The translations under genes were made by a program, and so were the position numbers. This document shows, one piece after another, positions 59,401 to 64,000 of a stretch of 64,000 nt of DNA (the stretch's first letter is position 1; each line of letters starts with the position of its first letter). The notes beneath the pieces were generated by a model, which was not told the DNA's origin, did no database searches, and saw only the letters and a program-made list of their open reading frames with translations. The DNA comes from Planctomycetota bacterium (GTDB lineage Bacteria; Planctomycetota; Brocadiia; JAADGH01): NCBI GenBank assembly GCA_040755855.1, contig JBFMAD010000007.1:32001-96000 (forward strand). Reading direction: 5' to 3'.

Positions 59401-59825
59401 AGGCAAAGATCTCTGGCCCCCGTCAGTGGGATGTCAATGGCCCGGGGAGGGTCGTTGCCGGATACGGGGCCGTGCTCGAAGACTTTCTTTCCGTCAACGA
59501 GAACACGGAAACGCACACTGCCCCGCTTACCCTCTTGCCACTGAACGCCAATTGTCGCACGGAAGGCCAGGTAAACGCCGGTGAGGGGAACCGTGATCCT
59601 GCCGTTTGCGTGGTGGCCCAGCCCCTTCTTGAAGGTGTTCTCGCCGATTCGGATGGGCTTTGGGGGACCGGTCGAGTATGCGGCCGTATCTATACCGAGC
59701 TTGCCCCATTGCTGCTCGTGTTGCACCGCCCCATCGGCGACCATATCGCTGAGGTATTCCACGTTGGGATCGGCGGCATAAGCCAATCCCATGCAAAGCA
59801 CAATGCAACTAATCAGATATCTCAC
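56487..59825 (-). CDS. NPCBM/NEW2 domain plus TolB-like propeller/HzsA-related protein with two c-heme motifs
   Basis: KGLGHHA...DNGDGIACDMANW (NPCBM); DGRVIYTRWDYVDR; LGTVPVEPDGSAYF; CIGCH and CVKCH; start taken at GTG 59825 (signal peptide). Confidence 0.85.
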   Translation of the reverse strand: MRYLISCIVLCMGLAYAADPNVEYLSDMVADGAVQHEQQWGKLGIDTAAYSTGPPKPIRIGENTFKKGLGHHANGRITVPLTGVYLAFRATIGVQWQEGKRGSVRFRVLVDGKKVFEHGPVSGNDPPRAIDIPLTGARDLCLIADDNGDGIACDMANWGDAYLVRDHMMRIPSFGATAVTLCGKPAPAPSSECAGGVALVAESTGPQILLMGIPVSRLMASLRENESVCLNVPMKCAGGALQVAADFVLRTGDSAEVAVGIGEKISHRVLEPSRIVTLEVQSDVAGGGTIALTMRSTGNEAGVRLERLRYQADGRGWFDAPLRFRRPPSDVLPPPRMPEFRPGIAQELIEWDWRMHDGIGTPKERVSWKEAVGEVLACGDRLVRDLQKREVPLGDMLCEWEDCHVRAKALAANSATGEREWEQLWLRVHTVRRRIVFADPTVAQDPILFVKQVPSQFSHQLTQYSGLSARPGGGVFVLDAPGKDMRCHELARGMLPVGSYQRPELSYDGCRLLFSYCRLDPARRKMIEGREQNADTYYHLYEISTDGNGLRQITKGPFDDFSPTFLPDGRIMFISTRRGGFHRCGRGPCPVYTLAKVNPDGSGLRVLSCHETHEWDPAVLNDGRVIYTRWDYVDRNAVYYQQLWTTHPDGAAPSEYFGSYMRNPVGIWEARPIPESQRIMATAAAHHAMTAGSIIRIDVNEGRDTMDAITRLTPDVPFPESESTVRRSKESAEGWRGMAGVTEQRPVPRAEKRWPGHCYRSPYPLSETTFLAAYSYDPLIGEPSANAPNTFGIYVVDCFGNRELLYRDPNISSLWPIPIRPRRRPPTVASAAEEPGQATGTFVLHDVGLSAPVLPADEGSRIRRLRIVQVLPKTTPHANTPRVGWANASPGKQVLGTVPVEPDGSAYFRAPANTPLLFQALDSQGRSVQSMRSLTYLQRGETASCIGCHEPRSSAPPRRRALMALTRAPSEITPGPDGTKPLSYPLLVQPVLDRHCVKCHSGEKPTGGVSLTAKPEKDFTESYNQLAKRVSYSSWGREDNSEPLSKPDYFGARGSMLMKHLSSGHKDVRLGEDEWNRLITWMDTTALFYGTFNRDDQVRQRRGERIQGPDLE

Positions 59826-59900
59826 GTGCAGCCGTCTCTTATCAGACCGATACTTCGTCTTGGCAATTTTGAGCCACCAAGGCGAACAGGAAACTCCTGA

Positions 59901-59990
59901 ATCGTATCGTGCTTTTCCGGCAATGTCAAGCCGGACGATGAACCTATGTTTGGCGTTATGTTTGACTTTGGTCCGGTAAAGAGGTATACG
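59901..59990. promoter_or_regulatory. Divergent sigma70 promoters
   Basis: Minus: TTGACA-17-TACGAT (59929-59901); plus: TTGACT-17-TATACG (59962-59990). Confidence 0.55.
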
Positions 59991-60066
59991 TTCAATCTGA
60001 GGCGTATGACCCCGCGCCTTTGGGAATGGCGCGGGATACAAGACGTGGCTAAATGGAAACTGATAG

Positions 60067-60984
60067 ATGGCAGAACTGCAACAACGAAAACTTGGTAAGA
60101 CGGGGATTACGCCCAAGGCCCTTGGCCTGGGATGCGCCTGGTTCGGAAGCGGCAAGAGCTCGGACTGCGATGCGATCGAGGGCATCCGTCGCGCGATAGA
60201 GTTGGGAATAGATTTCGTGGACACCTCGGCAGGCTACGGTGAGAGCGAACGCCGAGTCGGCCTGGCACTCGAAGGCGGCTGGCGCGAAAAAGTTTACCTT
60301 GAGACCAAGGTCGGCACTCATCCGGAGCGACATTTGGATTTTTCTGCACAGGCCACGCGCTGGAGCGTTGAGAACAGTCTGCGACTGCTCAAGACGGACT
60401 ACCTGGATTCGGTTCTGATCCATGATCCCTGCGACATCAAAGCGCCGCTCTCGCCGGGCCATGCGTTGGATGAGCTTCTTGCGATGAAGGAAAAGGGCAT
60501 AGTCCGCCACGTGGGTCTGGGCTGCCGCGAGCACGAGTTTCACCGCCGCGCGATCGAGACCGGCAAGGTGGAGGTTGTCCTGACCTACCTCGACTATACG
60601 CTGCTGGACCAGTCCGTTGCCGTCACAACCTTGCCAGTGGCCAAAGAGCGTGGAGTCGGCGTCATTCTGGCAAGCGTATTCGGCATGGGTTTGCTGGGCG
60701 GCAGGGAACCTGACATCAAGGCCGAGCCCCCGTCACACAGGGCGTATCTTGCTCACGCCATGTGGCGGTGGTGCCGGGACCACGGCGTCAACATCCGGCA
60801 TCTCGCCATGCAGTTTTGTCTTGCTGCGCCGATCGAGGGAATTGTGATGACCGGCCCCTACAACAAACAGAAGGTGGAGGAGTCCTTCGAAGCGGCCACG
60901 GCCGATATCCCACCCGAAGTCTGGCAGGCGTTCAAGGTGCAATTCGGAGTGGCCCCATCGGTCGCAGACCCTACCACATCCTGA
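60067..60984 (+). CDS. Aldo/keto reductase
   Basis: LGKTG...LGLG, DTSAGYG.SE, TK, SL.LLKTDYLD...IH. Confidence 0.92.
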   Translation: MAELQQRKLGKTGITPKALGLGCAWFGSGKSSDCDAIEGIRRAIELGIDFVDTSAGYGESERRVGLALEGGWREKVYLETKVGTHPERHLDFSAQATRWSVENSLRLLKTDYLDSVLIHDPCDIKAPLSPGHALDELLAMKEKGIVRHVGLGCREHEFHRRAIETGKVEVVLTYLDYTLLDQSVAVTTLPVAKERGVGVILASVFGMGLLGGREPDIKAEPPSHRAYLAHAMWRWCRDHGVNIRHLAMQFCLAAPIEGIVMTGPYNKQKVEESFEAATADIPPEVWQAFKVQFGVAPSVADPTTS

Positions 60985-61085
60985 ACACAGAACGGTTATC
61001 TGGCATCCGAGATGGATTTCGGCTTGAAGCACGGTTGGCAATTTTCTATAGTTTGCGCGCGGGAGTGATTTCAGGAGATGGCCTC

Positions 61086-62822
61086 ATGGCACAATACCAG
61101 TTCGGCAGATTGAGGATTGACCCGGCGCGCAATCCCGCCGTGCTCGACACGGCCACCTGGGACCCGAACGCCGCATGGGACAAGGTCCGCGCCGCGCCCA
61201 TCTCGGCCTGGCCGAAAGCCCTTGCAGCGCCGGCCGATGATCATGGCATCGTTTCTGTGCACGATGGCATTGTGCTTTGCGCAGGATCATGGGTGCGCTG
61301 CGGGATGACGAATTGGTCGCTGGGGCGGCTGAACGACGGACAGTATCTTCTGCTGGCAATCGGCGCCCGTCCCCCTCTCAAAGTCCCTCGCGCGCCGATA
61401 GGCGAACTTGTCTTGACGGAAGGGGAGCGGCTTATAGGGGTTCCCGCCGACGCCGAAATCGTGGATTGGTTCGTGAGCACGCTCAATCCCGACAAGGGAC
61501 CGAAGGCGCTGGGGGCGATTCCGAGGCTGGGGATTGGCACGCGAATGTCCACGTCCGTCTGGCCGAGCGTATGGCCCGCCCTAACTCGAACAGGCCTCGC
61601 GGCGAATACCATCCAGAACTCCGTGCGCGAACTCAATGTGCTGGGCGATCTGCTCGCAGGCCGTCCCGCAGAGAGTAACTTCATGTTCGGGTTTGGAACC
61701 TTGTATGAAGGACACACCGGCAGCACATTCGAGGGCCTATGGCTGGCCGGCGTCTTGGCCGCACTGGAGTCTGGTTGCAAGGTCCGATATGGGGCTGACG
61801 CCGACCACATTATGGTGAAGCGCACGCCTGACGGTCTGGATCGCGCCCGGCGCGTGATTGACGCCGCACGGCGCTATACATTCTATACGTTGGACGTTTC
61901 GGACATTCTCGACTACGAGGCCATCGGCGGCGACAAGGAGGTTGACCTGGCTGCGCTTATTGCAAGCCATGAGGAGCGCCAAGACCTTCTTGCCTTTCAC
62001 ACCGGCAAAGGCGGTCCCGCCGGACCAATGACCGAGGCGACCGTCGCATGCATGGTCGGCAAATACGCAGCTGCGTTGTCGGCGCTGGCAGAACTGGCCG
62101 AGCACATCCGCAAGTTGAAGCGCGACGCGCCATTCGATCTCGAGTTGAGCATAGATGAAACCCCGCCGGGAGTAAATCCCCTGCACTGCACGACCACAGA
62201 AGAGGAACTGAGCTTCCTTCTGGGAGAGATTCGTCGCCGGGGTCTGCCCGTTACCCATATTGCACCCAATTTTGGGGTCGAGAAGGGCGTTGATTACAGA
62301 GGGGCGGATGGCCTGGCGGGTCTCGGTCGGCGGGTTCGGGGACTGTATTCACTCGCCAATGAAGAAGGCATCCTGCTGGATTGTCACTCCGGTGACGACT
62401 TGACTTCGGCAACCCGGCGTACTGTGGGCGCGGCGGCGGGCGGCGACATCCACTTCAAGATTTCGCCCGTGCTTCAATTGCTTTTTGCGAAAGTGCTGCA
62501 CGAGGTGTGCTTCGACCGTTTTCTGTTCTGGTGGGAGGACACGATGGCCTATGTCCGAGAGGAGGCCGGGAAGGGATCGGAGCTTGCTGCCCGGTGTCTC
62601 CGACAATACGAGGAATCGGGCGCTCAACGCCGGCCATCCCCCTCGCACCCGCTATTCCATTACTACAGTTTCGCCACCGTCGGCCGGCGGGATGCCGGCG
62701 GCCAGTTTGTGTATCGCGAAAGGTTCTACGACCTGCCGACGGAATTTGGCGCGGAATACACGCGACGGGTAACGAACCTGCTCGGCGAGATTATCGGGGA
62801 CCTGTTCTACCCGGATCGTTGA
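61086..62822 (+). CDS. Tagaturonate/fructuronate epimerase (UxaE)-family protein
   Basis: LGIGTR, QNSVREL, YGADADH, YTLD, DLELSIDE, HIAPNFG.EKGVDY, HSGDD, HFK motifs. Confidence 0.75.
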   Translation: MAQYQFGRLRIDPARNPAVLDTATWDPNAAWDKVRAAPISAWPKALAAPADDHGIVSVHDGIVLCAGSWVRCGMTNWSLGRLNDGQYLLLAIGARPPLKVPRAPIGELVLTEGERLIGVPADAEIVDWFVSTLNPDKGPKALGAIPRLGIGTRMSTSVWPSVWPALTRTGLAANTIQNSVRELNVLGDLLAGRPAESNFMFGFGTLYEGHTGSTFEGLWLAGVLAALESGCKVRYGADADHIMVKRTPDGLDRARRVIDAARRYTFYTLDVSDILDYEAIGGDKEVDLAALIASHEERQDLLAFHTGKGGPAGPMTEATVACMVGKYAAALSALAELAEHIRKLKRDAPFDLELSIDETPPGVNPLHCTTTEEELSFLLGEIRRRGLPVTHIAPNFGVEKGVDYRGADGLAGLGRRVRGLYSLANEEGILLDCHSGDDLTSATRRTVGAAAGGDIHFKISPVLQLLFAKVLHEVCFDRFLFWWEDTMAYVREEAGKGSELAARCLRQYEESGAQRRPSPSHPLFHYYSFATVGRRDAGGQFVYRERFYDLPTEFGAEYTRRVTNLLGEIIGDLFYPDR

Positions 62823-62873
62823 ATGGAAATGGGCGGCGCGTTGGACCGCCACGAGGAAACACGAGGAGGAGGT

Positions 62874-63695
62874 ATGCAACCGCGATTTGCAGGGAAGATC
62901 GCCGTCGTGACGGGCGGTGCGCAGGGGCTGGGGAAGGCGGTCGCGCTTCGCCTGGCGAGCGAGGGCGCCGACGTGGCCGCCGTGGACATCAAGGCGAACC
63001 TCGTCAACCAGACCGCAGAGGAGATCCGCTCCCTGGGTCGGCGCGCGCTGGCCTGTTCCGCCAATCTCGCCCGGCTCGCGGAGATTCCTCCACTGCTCGA
63101 ACGCATTGTCGCCGAGTTCGGGAGGATCGACATCCTAGTCAACGCGGCCGGTGTGCTCCAGGTAAAGCCGTTTCTCGAAGTGACGGAAGCGGACTGGAAT
63201 TTAATCATGGACGTCAACCAGAAGAGCTTGGTCTTCCTGATCCAGGCCGTTGCGGCACGCATGATCGAGCAGGCGCCCTCCAAGATGAAGGCCGCAGGCC
63301 GCTCAACCCCGAGTTATGGGAAAATCGTGAATTTCTCATCCATCTCGGGACGCCGTGGCCGGGAGCTTCAGGTGCACTATGCGGCGAGCAAGGCGGCGGT
63401 TATCAGCATCACCCAATCCGCCGCATTGGCGTTTGCGCCGTACAACATCAACGTGAATGCTGTCGCCCCGGGCGTGATCCCGACGGCCATGTGGGAGCAG
63501 AATGAGCGGGAACGCAGTAAAATCTTTGGGACGCCGCAGGGCAAGTCCATGCAGGAATTCATCGAGCGAATCCCGCTCAAACGCCCCGGCACGCCGGAGG
63601 ACGTGGCCGGCGCGGTGGTCTTTCTCTGTTCATCAGACGCAGATTACATCACCGGCCAGACGCTGAATGTGGATGGCGGATTCGAAATGGATTGA
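62874..63695 (+). CDS. SDR family oxidoreductase (polyol/sugar dehydrogenase-like)
   Basis: TGGAQGLG, YAASK, YITGQTLNVDGG; GGAGG RBS. Confidence 0.9.
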   Translation: MQPRFAGKIAVVTGGAQGLGKAVALRLASEGADVAAVDIKANLVNQTAEEIRSLGRRALACSANLARLAEIPPLLERIVAEFGRIDILVNAAGVLQVKPFLEVTEADWNLIMDVNQKSLVFLIQAVAARMIEQAPSKMKAAGRSTPSYGKIVNFSSISGRRGRELQVHYAASKAAVISITQSAALAFAPYNINVNAVAPGVIPTAMWEQNERERSKIFGTPQGKSMQEFIERIPLKRPGTPEDVAGAVVFLCSSDADYITGQTLNVDGGFEMD

Positions 63696-63729
63696 TCGTT
63701 TGCACATGAATGCCAGAAGCGGAGTAGAG

Positions 63730-64000
63730 ATGGAGAACCAAAGGCTTGCATTGCGCGAACAACTGCTGTTCAAAACTTCTGTGGACCGTTTTTCCGTGTC
63801 GTGCGGCGATATCCGTCGCCGCCTGTCACGCGAATTCGCCAAAGCCGATGAGGCGCGGCGAGCCGATCTCCTCGACACGCTGGCCGAGCTCACGATTGAT
63901 CTCCAATCCTACCTGATCCGATGGCATCTTCAAGACCCGAAAGCAATGGAACGCTTATCCGACGATGAACTGGCGAAAGCGGTTGATGAGAACATGGCGC
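63730..64000 (+). CDS. Hypothetical protein, N-terminal part (3' truncated by the window edge)
   Basis: GGAG RBS; frame MENQRLALREQLLFKTSVDRF... open to the window end. Confidence 0.55.
   Translation, partial: MENQRLALREQLLFKTSVDRFSVSCGDIRRRLSREFAKADEARRADLLDTLAELTIDLQSYLIRWHLQDPKAMERLSDDELAKAVDENMA

Noticed and set aside
56487..59825. True hydrazine synthase or anammox pathway
   Set aside because: No hzsB/hzsC or other anammox genes; the NPCBM fusion and context indicate the broader HzsA-related family.
59826..60224. Extended N-termini in the ORF track (HzsA-like from 60224, UxaE from 60762, EamA from 23570, BNR from 36872)
   Set aside because: Extensions overlap neighbouring genes, promoters or repeats; downstream starts fit better with RBS, signal peptide or domain boundaries.
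1..64000. CRISPR array, cas genes, rRNA, prophage or recognisable defence system
   Set aside because: No regularly spaced repeats or diagnostic motifs noticed by eye.

Overview
GC-rich bacterial chromosomal segment. Its gene content (sulfatases, sialate O-acetylesterases, BNR sialidase-like, DUF4838, LamG and NPCBM/HzsA-like secreted proteins, FHA-vWA) resembles a Planctomycetota/PVC-type glycan degrader; this taxonomy is inference only. The left half (1-33.9 kb) holds cobO, a minus-strand glycan-modification cluster, an ArnT-like gene, prs, cls, leuA and an FHA-vWA gene. A tRNA-Val(GAC) at 33870-33946 is followed by a tyrosine-integrase remnant and an accessory-looking block of large secreted or carbohydrate-active genes with several gene and IS remnants. 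The most notable signals are non-coding and mostly absent from the ORF track: (1) a complete histidine attenuator (promoter, 32-aa HHHH leader, antiterminator, terminator) in front of a stand-alone PRPP synthetase gene rather than a his operon; (2) a leucine attenuator with 11 Leu codons upstream of leuA; (3) a promoter-bounded ~110-nt structured RNA with a switchable terminator upstream of the FHA-vWA gene that I cannot assign to a known family. Family calls come from motif recognition by eye, not from database searches. No CRISPR array or rRNA was seen.
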